DNA of 64,000 nucleotides from Elsinoe ampelina. Taxonomy: Eukaryota. Below are positions 12,854-25,451 of the stretch, piece by piece. The translations under genes were made by a program, and so were the position numbers. Location: the NCBI GenBank assembly GCA_010093995.1, contig ML992503.1, forward strand, positions 1,751,356-1,815,355, given 5' to 3'. How positions within the stretch are numbered: the first letter of the stretch is position 1; every line of letters begins with the position of its first letter. The notes beneath the pieces were generated by a model. That model searched no databases. It worked only from the letters and a program-made list of their open reading frames with translations, and was not told where the DNA came from.

Positions 12854-13411
12854 TCTGCAAAGTGATGAAAGAAGTCGTGAGAGATAAAGACAGATTGCAA
12901 TCTCTTTTATTAACAACAAAGCCGCCCTGGTTCCAGGGCTGGTATATACCGTGCGTTGCCCAATGTCCAAAACGTGACGTACCAAAGACCGCGAGATCTA
13001 ACCTTGCCTTGCGTATTGCGCTGCCCACGACGCCGCGCGCGGGGTCCTGTCTGCGAAGCGGCCTTCTGCTATAGGGTGGTCGCGCACTTTTCGCCCGAAG
13101 AGGGAGAATGACAGCGGGGTGTGAGAGGTGGAAATTTGATGGGTTTAGGCCAAGTAGGGTGGCTTTTGCGGGGGTGGGAAGCGAGATTGGCGGGGTGCGA
13201 GTTTAGCGAGACTTGGGCAGATGCCGATGTCCGATGGGGGTCGGTTTGGTGGTGGTCTGGGGTATAGGGGAGGTTGTGCGGTATAGGTATCACTTAGGAG
13301 GTTCTTCATGACTGCAGATGTTCCGCGGATGAATGCTTGATTCAGGTCACAATTTGCTGTTACACGCAGCTACATGGTATTCTACTACGGTGGACTCCTG
13401 ATAAACATGGG

Positions 13412-15280
13412 CTATTGAGCGACGAGAACGTCGTCCTCCTTCCTATGCTGCTCATCTGCCCTGACTTGCACCTCTGTAACATAGTTGTGGAATTTTCGGA
13501 GGTTGACTCTCTTCTCGAACCTGGTAATGCATCAGTGACGGCTCCAATCTTGCCTAAGCGGTACTCACATTTCATCGATTTCAGCAGGTGTACGCCTTGC
13601 GACTTCGGGCAGAATGAACCACGCAACGACGACCGAGACTGCTCCAGTGGCGGCGAAGCTAACAGAGATATCAGCGAATGCTGCACTAGAGGAATACGGT
13701 GGACCTACAAAAAGCCAGTCTTGACTCCCCACTTCGCACTGCCATTGATCATGAGAGGCGTGCAGAAGCTGAACATGATGGCGATCAAATTTGAGAAAGC
13801 TAGTGCCCAACCAGCGGTCTGAGCACGAAGACATTGCTGTGGTACTTCGGCGGCGTAGGCATAGCCAATGGCGGAAGCGCCTGTTGTTGAAAAGGTAGCC
13901 AAGGAGGCGAAGAAGACCTATCAGACACTCAGTATGTTACAACATTAGCCGTCAAATTGCTTACAAGGAGAGAGCTTGTCGACTTGGCAGTATAGTTGAA
14001 GCAGCCGATGATACCCAGGCTAAGAAGAGAAAGGACCGTCACCCCGTATGGGTACACAGTCAGCGGCCTTCTTCCGACCTTGTCCGTCAAGCCCACAGTG
14101 ATGAGCATAGACAAGAGCTGTACGGAAGTCAAGATGACGGTGACCAGAAAAGGATTCTTGTTGCCGGCGTATTGGAAAAAGTATGTCGAATAGGTATTGA
14201 AAACACTCAGGCCGACAAATTGTTGAGTGACCTTCGGCCAGGACGCAATGATGAATCGAATGAAGTTTCTCCCTTGGAATACTGCCATTGCACCTTGTTG
14301 AGCGTTCTTCTTTGCGGTGTACTGCTCCTCTTCGATCGTGGCGGTCATGACATTGATGACCTCATGGGCATTGTATCCTGGAACATCCCTGTTGACCAGA
14401 TTGACGACTTTGGCAGCTTTCTCAGTCTTGCCCTTACCGGCGAGCCACCATGGTGACTCCGGAAGAAGAAGAAAGATGATGAGCATGACTCCAATCATAG
14501 CCCATTGCGTGTAGATGGGTGTACGGAAATCCAAGGGATCAGTTGCATTCAACCTATTCAGAGCGATAGCGCCTGCAAGTTGGCCGACAATGAACCAGCT
14601 GCGACTTGTCAACTAGGGAACTCACATTCAAATGACAGAAGATACTTACAAGCTGTACGCATTAATCAACATACCACGAACCTGGGTCGGAGATAACTCC
14701 GAGAGGTAGACTGGCATGGTCGACTGGAGCATACCCACACCGGCACCTGAGAACAATTTGGCAATAAGCCAGTGAGACCAGTGAGTAGCAAAGGTCTCGG
14801 CGAAGATACTGCCAGTAAGAAAGACCCAGAGAATAAGCAGCGCTGGCTTTCGACCAAGTCCTTCAGTCCCGTATTGCAAGAAGATCTGACCAAGAGTCTG
14901 ACCCGCCGATTGAATACCTCCCCATGCTGAGATGTACTTGCTGTTGATGATGGTGGTACCTGGCGTGGACATTTGTCTGATGAAACCTTTGTTGGACACA
15001 ATTCCTCCGTTCAGACTGATCTCTGCGAAGCTGGTCAGCCCAGGGACGACCATTTCCCAGAATTGCAAGCCGTACGGTAGCCATCAAGAGCAGCGCTAAA
15101 GGCAGCGACCATCGCGATTGACACTACCAGCTTGTGCTTGAGAAGACTTTGCCAAATGCTGAGGTCGTCATCTCTCGCACGCATAGCCATGCCTGCTGCT
15201 CTGGGACCATCACCCTCGATCTCCTTGACATCGTTGCCATACTCCATCTTGACCGACTCCACCTTGTCAGTCGCAGACAT
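13412..15280 (-). CDS. Sugar porter (MFS), alpha-glucoside/maltose-permease-like clade
   Basis: 'AAFSAALDGY', 'LGRKPAL', 'PVYLSELSPTQVRG', 'PESPWWL', 'QQFVG', 'DKVGRRPL', 'AAEVP', 'PEVARRTPAEIDEMF'; last exon ends in TAG at 13412-13414. Confidence 0.9.
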
Positions 15281-15721
15281 GATGATCTCAAATCTGAATG
15301 TGTCTCCTTGTAATCAATTTTGCTTGGAGGTGATTGGTATGACAAGAAAATAGGGAACTATGCATGCGACAAACGAGAAAGGTCCAGACTCTAATGTTCA
15401 TGAACTGTTCCGAGCCCCGCACCTTCCCCAGATGGATTGGTGATCTTGGTTGTGCAGGGAGTCAGGGACTGGTATCGGCCGGCGGGGGAACGTCGATCCA
15501 TAGCCGATCGTCCGAGCTTATGCAGGTATATTGCTGCTCCTCGCTTAGAGCTTTTGCGTGTTCGGGCATCATGAGACCGAGAGAATGCCTATAAATCGTA
15601 ATGTCGGCTTTTGAAATTCTTGTGGCTTCAACCTTCCAACATTTGCATCGTATTTCTCAGCAGACGACGGAGGGGATGAGGGGAGAAATAAACGATTGCA
15701 TTCGCGAGGCTTGAGTATTCT

Positions 15722-15738
15722 CGGCGAAATGCTTGCCG
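15722..15738. promoter_or_regulatory. CGG-N11-CCG site upstream of sugar porter
   Basis: CGG CGAAATGCTTG CCG inside an extended TCGGC...GCCGA palindrome, about 440 bp upstream of the ATG at 15280. Confidence 0.45.
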
Positions 15739-15790
15739 AAGCTTGGTCACTTGGTCATTCTGCTCGGTTGGCGGGATCATTGCACCAACT

Positions 15791-18287
15791 CTATGATCGG
15801 GCGGTATGGGTGAGACTGAGAGTTGAAATCAGCCCGTGCCTTTTTGGCCCTTCTCCGGGCAGTCGGCTCGTCACACTGGCGGGCTGATCCAAGCGAAGCT
15901 CTACCGCAGTCACTCCCTTCGAGTCCCGGGACCATTTGACGAAAGCAGAGTTGTTTCGACCCAGCATGACTTTCGCCTCGACCGCTTCGCTGAGAGTGAT
16001 TCGCGGACTGAACATGATCTCCTTGCAGCCGGCAGCAACTGGCTCGACCCCGGCTAGCTCAGTGCAGTACTCGTACAAGGGGACGCTACCCCATGCATGA
16101 CAATCTGAGCGCTGTCGAACGTCGTCTTCCTCCCATGTCGTCAGGTTCTTGGTGAGCATATTCCTCCACGGATTCCAGGCTGTCTGCCATAACTTGTTGT
16201 ATGCATCGTCGCCTGCAGCCTTGAAGGCCCGAAAGGCATAGAACATCATCATGTAGGAGCACTTTGAGTGCGCAGAATTGGCAAAAGAATTCTCCAGCAG
16301 GGTTGTTATGTTCAGACCCTGGCAAGCTCCAGCCAGTACTGCAAAGACCTGACAGTGTTGTGAATAGGCAGAGTCGTCGGCAATGTCAGCAGTTGAGTCT
16401 GTGAAAACCTGTCCATCGAAACAGTGTTCTCGGGCTGCCTCGGACAGTGCGGTCGCTCTCTGACGATACTCTTCGGCCACACCCGACCGGCCTAGTCCTT
16501 GTACAAGATCTGCTGCACACTTGAGAACGTAGGCATATAGCAAAGTGAAGTAGGTGTGTTGATTCTTGCTCCTACCAGATGTTGGGACTCCTTTGTCAGG
16601 ATGTGTAGTGGTCGCTCCCCAAGTCGTCACCCAATCGACAAACTGCCATACGTCTTCTGGTAGGCCTGCGACTAGTCCTTGATCATTCAGGTGCGCATCA
16701 AAGTAGGTCAACACTCCATCAACTCGCGGCAGGAATGACTTTGCGTAATCTGCATCTCCGAAGTACAGATAATGATCGTTGACTTGAAGGATCCAGTATA
16801 GCGCGAATCCAGCAATGATTTGAGGCACCTGTGACGGATACCTTGACTGAGGTAGACCATCAACGGTGACGGCGGCAGCGAAGTTGCTGATTGTGCGCCG
16901 CATGAGCAGATCATCGCCAGAGATCAGGTAATGGAAGAGTCCTACTGTCCGACTATCACCAATGTACTGAAGCTGCTCATAGAAGGGACAATCGACATAT
17001 GCGTCGAACATGCAGTTCCTCATCGTCCTGACGGAGACATCCCATATATCCTGGCATTGCGGGTCTGTGACATTTTTGATGAATCCTTTGACGTCCATGG
17101 GATAATTGCCTTGAGTAGCATCAAGTGGCAGCATCTCCACGGGGTTCTGACCAACCTGGAGAGTGAGTTGGATGATGCGAAAAGTACGAAACCAGAAAGG
17201 CTCGTAGATTGTGTTCTCGTTGGCTGACACCATCACTTCAATCTCGTCCAGCGGTCCGATCAATTGACCGTTCACAGAGTCCAGCCTGTCGTCCTTCGTA
17301 CGGAAAAAGGGGTATGCCCGAGGCTCCTGCTCGTAACCTTCCGAGTACAGTGCCTTCATCTTGATGGACGAGCTCGATGCTGCCCGAAAGGTCCATCGTA
17401 GGAAAGCAGTTGAGTGGACGGTAGCTTGAAGCTCAACCTTGTGTGTCGAGTTGGCCGGGAGGACAATGGTTTTACCCTTGAGGAAAGACTGCCAATTTTC
17501 TTCTGGAACGTCGCTTTGGCGCACTTCTGCCTTTTCAAAAGTGGCTTTGCTCTCCTCTGGCATGGGTAGTCCGCGAGGCATGAGCCGCCATGGGGAGAGC
17601 TCCCCGTTCAAGGTCTTGATGTTGTACCGAACGATCTCAGAAGTCTGTTCGGAGGGTGATACAGTGCCCCTTTCGTTGATCTAGCTACATCAGCTGCGTA
17701 CTTATGTGTACAGGAGGAAGCCATACATGCAAGAAGACATCATCGATCAAGCCGGTTGGAAACGAGATTCCTTTGTTGACTCGTGCAGTCCAACCTGGGT
17801 TCATGCTCCCAAGGTCGATGCTATCCGGACCATTCTTGATGTCTCCGACTACGGTGAGCCCTGGGTAAGCAGTCCTAGCGAACGGCATGGCCGCCCGAGA
17901 GGCAGCAAAGTATCGCATGACCACAACTTTCAGCACATTGTGACCTGCTATCAAGAAGGGAGCGATATCGATCGAATCGTAGTGCCATATCGTCGTGCTG
18001 CCCCGTGTCGGTCCCACGGCGACTCTGCGGCCATTGATGAGCAGTTTGTAACGAGTGTCCGCCGAGCAGTGCAGCAACGCTGTTGACGGGACGTTGAGCA
18101 AGTCGAAGTGCTTCTCGAATTCGACGAGTCTACCTGCTGTATTCACGTCAGGAGATGAATCGATCCATCCTTCGATCCAGATCCAGCTAGACGTAAGCTT
18201 ATTGACGAGCTGGTCTTGTCAATGTAGTGGCCATGCAGGGATGGATTTACTCACTGTTTGCTCCTCCTTGGTCAACCTGAGAGCCAT
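15791..18287 (-). CDS. Alpha-L-rhamnosidase, GH78 (no signal peptide, likely intracellular)
   Basis: Exon 1 MALRLTKEEQT|GTGAGT; 'SADTRYKL.ING', 'FRTFR', 'DCPFYEQLQYIGD', 'FVDW', 'LTTWEE...RSDCHAWGS'. Confidence 0.92.
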
Positions 18288-18421
18288 GTTGCTTGCAAGC
18301 GTCGCACTTCGAGTTGTACGGAATACCAGACGCCCAAGCATCGCTTCCTAGCTACTTGTCGATGGTTGGTCATGTCATTAGCCGCTCACGCCGGCGGGGT
18401 GAGGGACATATTCGCCCGCCT

Positions 18422-18438
18422 CGGTCGAGTGAAGCCCG
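18422..18438. promoter_or_regulatory. CGG-N11-CCG site in GH78/MFS divergent promoter
   Basis: CGG TCGAGTGAAGC CCG, about 135 bp upstream of the GH78 ATG. Confidence 0.45.
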
Positions 18439-18792
18439 GCATGCTTTTCGAGGTCACCCTGGCCTCCAAAGTCTTTTATAAGCTCTTCGTTGTCACGGAT
18501 GATGCTGTCTATGCCATTCACCACTGTTGCTGCAAGTGATTGGTCTTTGGTGTGTAAAAGGATGAAGGCCAACGCGAAACCGAAGGATTTGGCCAAGACG
18601 GAGAAATGCACGCGACGGTTTGTGCATTTTGAGGGCGGGTATTCTCTTTTCCAGTGACTCTTTCTTGCAGATGGTGCGGCCTGACGTGCTCTCGTTTGCA
18701 ATTACATAAAGCATTCATGGCCACCGCAGTAAGTGCTGACGGCGTCTGGAGCGCTTTCTCAGACCTTGCTGGCAGCACGTCCAGAAACGGGA

Positions 18793-20310
18793 ATGGCTCC
18801 GCGAACGTCAGAAATAGAGCCAGTGGAGCTACAAATCCAGCCGTCGACGGAAAATGATGAGCATCTAACAGCCGAGCCAGAGAGTAATGTCACAGAAGAA
18901 CAGACTATGAGTCGTCTGGTATTGTGTCGCTTGCTAGCGATTGGCCTGTCATTCTTCGTGACAGGTCTCAACGATGGTAGTTTGGGAGCGCTCATACCCT
19001 ACATCATCCGATCGTACAACATCAGCACTGGACTGGCCGCCATCATGTGAGTATTGTTAGTCTTAGATGGATAAGGCCGGCGCACAGATGGTTGGCGAGA
19101 AGCGTGGACTGATGGGAAGCTAGGTATCTGACCACCTTCATTGGATGGATCATTGCCTTTTTCACCAACTCTCTCCTGACACAGTATGTCTCTTACGCGA
19201 GCATGCTAGTCTTGGGAGCAATACTCCAGCTCCTTGCTCATGCACTCCGATCATGGCTGCCACCCTTGCCATTTTTCGCCATCAACTTTACACTCTTCGG
19301 CCTTGGGAAAGCGTATCAAGACATCTTCTCCAATGGCTATGTAGGCGGTGTAAAGTCAGCCCACAGATGGCTCGGCTTCATCCACGCCTGCTACGCTGGA
19401 GGCAGTCTGGTCGGTCCGTTCGTGGCCACAGGTATCGCCAGTGCTCCTGGTAATCGTTGGTGGCTGTTCTACCTCTTCCCTACAGGCTTGAGTGTGGTGA
19501 ACGTCATAGGGCTGGCGACGACCTTTCGAGCACTGTTGGGTGTGCGATGGCAAAGGCGCTGGCGGGGACCTGCAGCAGATATCATGCAAGCATCTGCAGC
19601 GGATTCGTCAGCAGCCAAAGCCGCGGTCAAGAACATGAAGGCAGCGCTCAGCTTCGCAAATGTCTGGAAGCTGAGCGTTTTCTACTTCTTCTACCTTGAA
19701 GTCCTCGTCACGGCAAACGGATGGGTCGTTGAATATCTGGTCAGCGTCCGCGGAGGACAATTGTCCAAGGTCGGATATGTGTCCGCGGGCTTCAACGGCG
19801 GGACTTTCCTCGGGCGCCTGCTGCTTGCCGAACCGACTCATCGGCTAGGGGAGAGGCTCATGTTATTGATCTATTGCGGCATCTGCATTGGTTTACACCT
19901 TATGTTCTGGCTGTGAGTGACCGTGCGGCAGAGACGTTTTCATGCTGACTCTCTCAAGTATCCCGAACATCATTGCCGCGTCGGTTGCCATCAGTGTCTT
20001 CGGCTTCTTTCTCGGCCCATTCTTTGCAGCGGTTAGATAATTCACCTCTGATTTACTGTTTTGACCAACCTGACAATCGCAGGGTGTCTCTGTCGCCTCG
20101 AGGCTGTTCTCGGACAACATCAAGTCGTCTGCATTGGGCTTTGTCCTCATCTCGGGACAGATGGGTGGCAACGCTTTTCCAGCCATCACTGGGCTCGTTG
20201 CGGGCCGAGTCGGCGTACAAGTCTTGCAGCCGATCCTTGTTGGGCTCTTAGGTGCAACGGCGGTGAGCTGGTCGCTTGTCCCGCGAAAAGAAAGCATACA
20301 TCGAGAGTGA
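18793..20310 (+). CDS. MFS transporter (BSC6/fucose-permease-like)
   Basis: 'GLNDGSLGALIPYI', 'HRWLGFIHACYAGG', 'GWVVEYLVSVRGG', 'GRLLLAEPTHRLGER'; several introns; TGA ends at 20310. Confidence 0.85.
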
Positions 20311-20474
20311 TGAGCTTGGAACGGAAGGGTCTTATGCGCAGCCCGATAATTTTTGAAAACCGTTGATGCTGAAAGCTAAACATTGATATCTGCCAAAATC
20401 CCAGAGCCCCTACCCACGCTAGTGACAAAAGAAAGGATATAGTACAAATCTCAAAATTGTTCCCAGTGATGTGA

Positions 20475-21947
20475 TCACTTCCGCTCCTGCTTTTGCTCCT
20501 GGGCCTGCTCGACGCTACCCTCTTCCGAACTACGCTCGACCACATAGTGGGTCTTGACGACGATGCCCTGGTCTTTGTCCTCACCGAGAAGCTCAATATC
20601 TCCCGGATCCATCTGAGTTCCGCCCACAACAAGCCTTGACCTGTTGGCTTGCGACTTGTTGCCAGAACGATGAGTCTCGCCATAGGTGGTCTTTGACTTG
20701 ATAGTGGTGCCGGCAAGACGAGGCCAGAGCTTGACGACGAGAAGGCGGACGGTAGGCAGGCAAGCGCAGATGATGCCGACAGTGATCTCGATGGTAGACC
20801 AGATGGAGACGGCAGTGAACTCCCATGTAGCGTTGGCAGATTTGGCGAACTCGACAAGGGTCTGGAGGCGGATGACCGAGACAACAGTGACGCTGTGGAT
20901 CTGTCAGAGTCGATCGTATCACTAGCGCATTAGAAAACAACTTACAATGTACCGACGCCGAACATGACGGCTACACCAATCTTCTTCTTCCAGTGCATTT
21001 TGAGCTGGCGGATTTCCCACATGGGGATAGCCAGGATCCATAAGTCAAGAGCAATACTGAACCCAGCATTGGCCCAACTGACTTTGTTGGCGCTGAGACA
21101 TGTGCCCTTGTGAAGGCCATCCCACTTGGTCCAGAAGTAGTGAATCGGCCGACACTGGAAGACAGCGATGAGAACGAATGAAAGGCCCCAGACGGAGACG
21201 AAGACGATTGTTCCCCAGAGCAGGCGTCGGATCTCGGTCCTTGGGAACACCCGGAGGTAGAAGAAGAGGAGCGAAAGCTTTAGCAAGGTGATCTGGAGGA
21301 AGTATAGCCAAGCCATGATGTAGAAGTACTCGATGACTGTATATATTTGGTTGGCGGTGAGAGTCCACATGTCTCTGCCCAATCCGTTCGGGATCATGCC
21401 ATACGGGGTGATGAAAGCGCTAGGGGCAGCGGCTACGAGTGTGGCGAGGACAGACCAGTCGTCCCAACCGAGCTCGGCCTTGACGATGAACAACTTTGTG
21501 ACGAAGCGGATGACAACGAAGACGAGAGCAAGTGCTGCAAGAGCATTGGAAATATGAGCGTAGTCAGGAGCCCTGTTGCGGACTGGTGCACCACAGTTGG
21601 TAGCGCTGACATTCTTTGCGACTGTATGGATGTTAGCAAAGATTTCTGCGACCAAAGAAGGGCCCACTTACTGAGGACATCGGGGATGATGCATGATTTG
21701 GCGATACAGGTGCTCGCTACTGATTGGAACTGTGGATTCGTGCAAAGACACTTGCGATCCGATAGCTCGCAAATATTCTGTGAGAGGGCTGTGGCGAGAC
21801 AGGTAGCCTGGCTGTGTGTGAGCGGAGGCTGTCATGAAAAGAGGAAAGTAAACATACAGCGCAAGGAGGATAGGTCTGTTGAGCGATGGTTGTAGTTGCG
21901 AAGCAGAGCAGCAAGAAGGACAGCACGAGTCGTGGTAAGGGCGCCAT
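20475..21947 (-). CDS. CFEM-domain PTH11-like receptor
   Basis: Signal peptide, then spliced CFEM 'YPPCA|ATCL...CELSDRKCLCTN...TCIAKSC...NC', then 7TM region with 'GWDDW', 'GLGRDMW', 'QCRPIHYFW', 'WSTIEITVGIICACLP'. Confidence 0.9.
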
Positions 21948-23156
21948 CTTGGAAGTCAATGAGATCTCAGAGGGGCCTGACTGGCTTGAATAGTGCGAGA
22001 GTAGATGATGGGAGTGGGTCCTGGTACCAGGGCATTGGTACTCCTATATCTTACTTTGAGAATCTACCTTTAGTCCAGTCCAAGCTCTTTTACACAAGCT
22101 CAGTGATCATCTCTACATGCATCGTCGCTATGCACGAATCTATCCAAGACCACCAAGGCTCGATAGCGTGAAGCGTAATTTGCTATCGGCAGGACTTCTG
22201 CGACACTCCTACCATGTCGAACACTGCATTTTCCATGTTGGTATCTGCATCTGTCGAGTCCGTGCCATATGGTGACATGCGATACAACGGCCTCGTCGCT
22301 GCATCGAGGATGTATCGCCGTTTGGACCGAGCAGTTTCCGATTATGTGAGGTTGCAGAGGTCGTGCAATGCAGTAACGTGGAAGTACAACAGTAACGGCG
22401 ACGCAGGTAGGGCATAACGAAGATGATTCTCTATCCTTTGGCAACGGCCAAGTCGCTTACACCTTGCAATGCAGGGGATCCTACCATTCAAGAGGTCGAA
22501 TGTCTCGGACGGGATGAGCTCCGGAGCACGCTGAGTCAGCAATGAAGGACCGAATATGCTTCATCCGTCCGCCGTTGAGCTCATGATCACTCATCTTCTC
22601 TCCACTCCGCCACTGTTCTCCACCACCCTATTTCTTGCCTCCACTCGTGCTGTTCGAATTAGCACACCCTCAACGCTGGGAGATATGCGATGGACTGAAC
22701 AGGCAAGTCATCTGTCTAGGTAACACATCAAGCCTTTGTGCTCGGCCATGTTGTCCACAAGAAACCGGCTACTTTTGCGAGTTGGAATACTAATCATCAA
22801 ATAATCATCAACCTCCTTCTGTCCTCGGGGATCTGCGACAAGCGGTGTTCCTCACAACGGTAAGTTAGGACATATCTCGCTTACTGGAAACCGGTAAACC
22901 TTCACAATACTAGGACAAGTCCCTCCTCTACACTACCATCCTTGGCAAGCTGGGCATCTGATGAAGGTTTTGCACATCTCTGTAAGGGACTACTGACATG
23001 TGGGTCAGTGCGACCAAGCAATGAAATAATAAAGCGGTTGAGTGGATCTCGGGCAAGTACATCTCGTCGTTACAATTGAAGTCTGTATAATCTCCTTGAG
23101 ACCTTTCGATATTGACATCATCGGAAGAGGAGGATTAGGAGAGTACTCGCATCGAG

Positions 23157-24978
23157 ATGGAGTACATAATCTCGTCTGCTGTCCTTGGATTGTTGGCATC
23201 AGCAACACGAGCGAGTCCGATAGCTGCCATGGGCAACACAGTATCAACCTCCATCTCTGTCTCCGTCGGTGGCGCATCTCTCCAGTTTTGTTGGCCTGGA
23301 CAGACATGCTGGCCTACTTCGAATGACTGGTCGCAATTCAACGCCACTGTCGGTGGGAGACTCATCGCCACTGTACCCATCGGCTCACCTTGTCACGATC
23401 CGACTTATGATGCTGCGGCATGCGACGCACTCAAGGCATCATGGTTCAATCCATTGACACAGTAAGATCAAGGTCATCCTATGCATTCCTCACAGAATGA
23501 TCTGACAGAGACATAGCATCGCTTCGTCGTCATCTATCATGCAGCCATACTTTGCCAACCAGAGCTGTGATCCATTCACAGACCGAGCAAAGCCATGTAC
23601 TCTGGGCAACTACGTTGCCTATGCTGTCAAGGCTCGCAATGCCGATGACGTCGCAGCCACTGTCAAGTTCGCCGACAAGTACAACATCCCTTTCATCGTC
23701 AGGAACACCGGTCACGAGTAAGTTTCTCAACTGGCTTGCCTCACATTGACACTAACATTGTCACACAGCTTCCTCGGTCGCTCTACAGCCGCAAATGCTT
23801 TGGCCGTCTGGACTCAAGATTTGAAGGAGATATCTTTTGATCACGGCTACTCAGACAAGCACTACACTGGTCTTGCAGCTACAGTCGGGGCTGGTGTCGT
23901 GGGCTATGAGCTTGTCGAAGCCGCCCACAAGCAAAATTACACTGTCCTGACCGGAGAATGTGCTACCGTCGGCGTCGCTGGTGGCTTCACACAGGGTGGT
24001 GGACATGGTGCTTTAAGCACAGCTTTCGGTCTTGGAGCCGACCAGACGCTGTCATTCGAAGTCGTCACCACCGGTGGCCAAATCGTCACTGCTTCTCCAA
24101 CAAAGAACTCCGACCTCTATTGGGCTCTCAGTGGCGGCGGTGGCGGTACTTATGGCATCGTCACCAAGGTTACTGTCCGCGCTCACCAAGCTCAGAAGGT
24201 GGGAGGCGCAGCCATGCAACTCCTTGCCGCTCGTGTCACCCCCGATCAGTACGCCGCTGCTGTCTCGAGCTTCCACGAACTCCTTCCTGGCATGATCGAC
24301 AAGGGAGCCATGGTCGTCTACATCCTCAGCGCTCAGTACCTGGTCATCAAGCCAGTGACTGTCTGGAACTCCAACGCCACTTACGTCCGCGATGTCGTTC
24401 TTAAACCCTTCACGGACGCACTCGCAGCCAACAACATCACCGTGCCCATCGGCTACTCTGAGCTTTCCTACCGCGACCATTATGACCGCTACTTCGGCCC
24501 CCTACCTCGTGGTGCCTTTGAGATCGCTCGTTACCAATTCGGTGGCCGCCTCATCCCCCGCACCACTCTTACGGACCAGCCCGCCAACTTCCACGGAGCC
24601 ATCAGCAAGCTTCTCTCCAGCGGCGTCCTCCTCGCCGGATCAGCAGGCAACTACGCCGCCCCTGCCGGTGCCGCACCCAACGCCGTCCTCCCTGCGTGGC
24701 GCAAAGCCTCGATCCAGCTCCAGCTCATCACGGGCTGGAACTCGACCGCGCCTTGGGCCACAATGGAGGCCGCGCAGAAGAAGATGACCGATGAATTCAT
24801 GCCTTTGATCGAAGGCGTGACTCCTGGAAGCGGCGCCTACCTGAACGAGGCCGATTGGAGACAGAAGAACTGGCAGGATGCTTTCTTTGGTAGCAACTAC
24901 GACAGACTGCTCAAGATCAAGAAGGTTTGGGATCCCAAGGGTATCTTGAAGGGAGAGAAGTTGGTCGGCAGTGCGTAG
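23157..24978 (+). CDS. Secreted BBE-like FAD-linked oxidoreductase (AA7-like)
   Basis: Signal peptide, 'CWPGQTCWP', 'RNTGHE|FLGRS' (His flavinylation), 'GECATVGVAGG..GGGHG' (Cys flavinylation), 'LYWALSGGGGGTYG', C-terminal 'AYLNEAD...KKVWDP'; two introns. Confidence 0.9.
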
Positions 24979-25451
24979 ACCAAGTGACAGGGCAACGAGC
25001 ATTTTCGAGCGGATGGTGATCCGGCATAGGCGCGAGGTGTTAGGGGGTTCTCCGCTGGTTGGGCCAGTATCATAGGGCGGGTTTCAATTCTTTCACTCTT
25101 TAGATTTTCTATGTAAGAAGGACAGCGTATTTCCGGATCCAACGGCCTGATCTCAGATGAACTTTCTCTTCTGTGGCGTGAGGCTTGAAAATCCGGGGTC
25201 TGTCCGAAATTTCCGGGGCCCCCGACCTCAACCTTTGATCAGTTTGATGACTGAGCCGTTGGTTGGTGTTACTGATCACGACTCCAGCTGTACCACTTAT
25301 TCCTCCGCACAGTCATCATCATCGGAACAACCATCCGTCCGCATGTAGATTCACCACAAGCTGTGCATCTCGGGTTGGTATTCTCATCTTGGATAAAAGC
25401 ATTCATTTGCCTACACCTATCACCTTCCCAAGCCCACCACACGGTCCCATC

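Noticed and set aside
13030..13270. Multiple CreA-type SYGGRG sites upstream of GH79
   Set aside because: They lie in a G-rich skew arm where this short motif is expected by chance.
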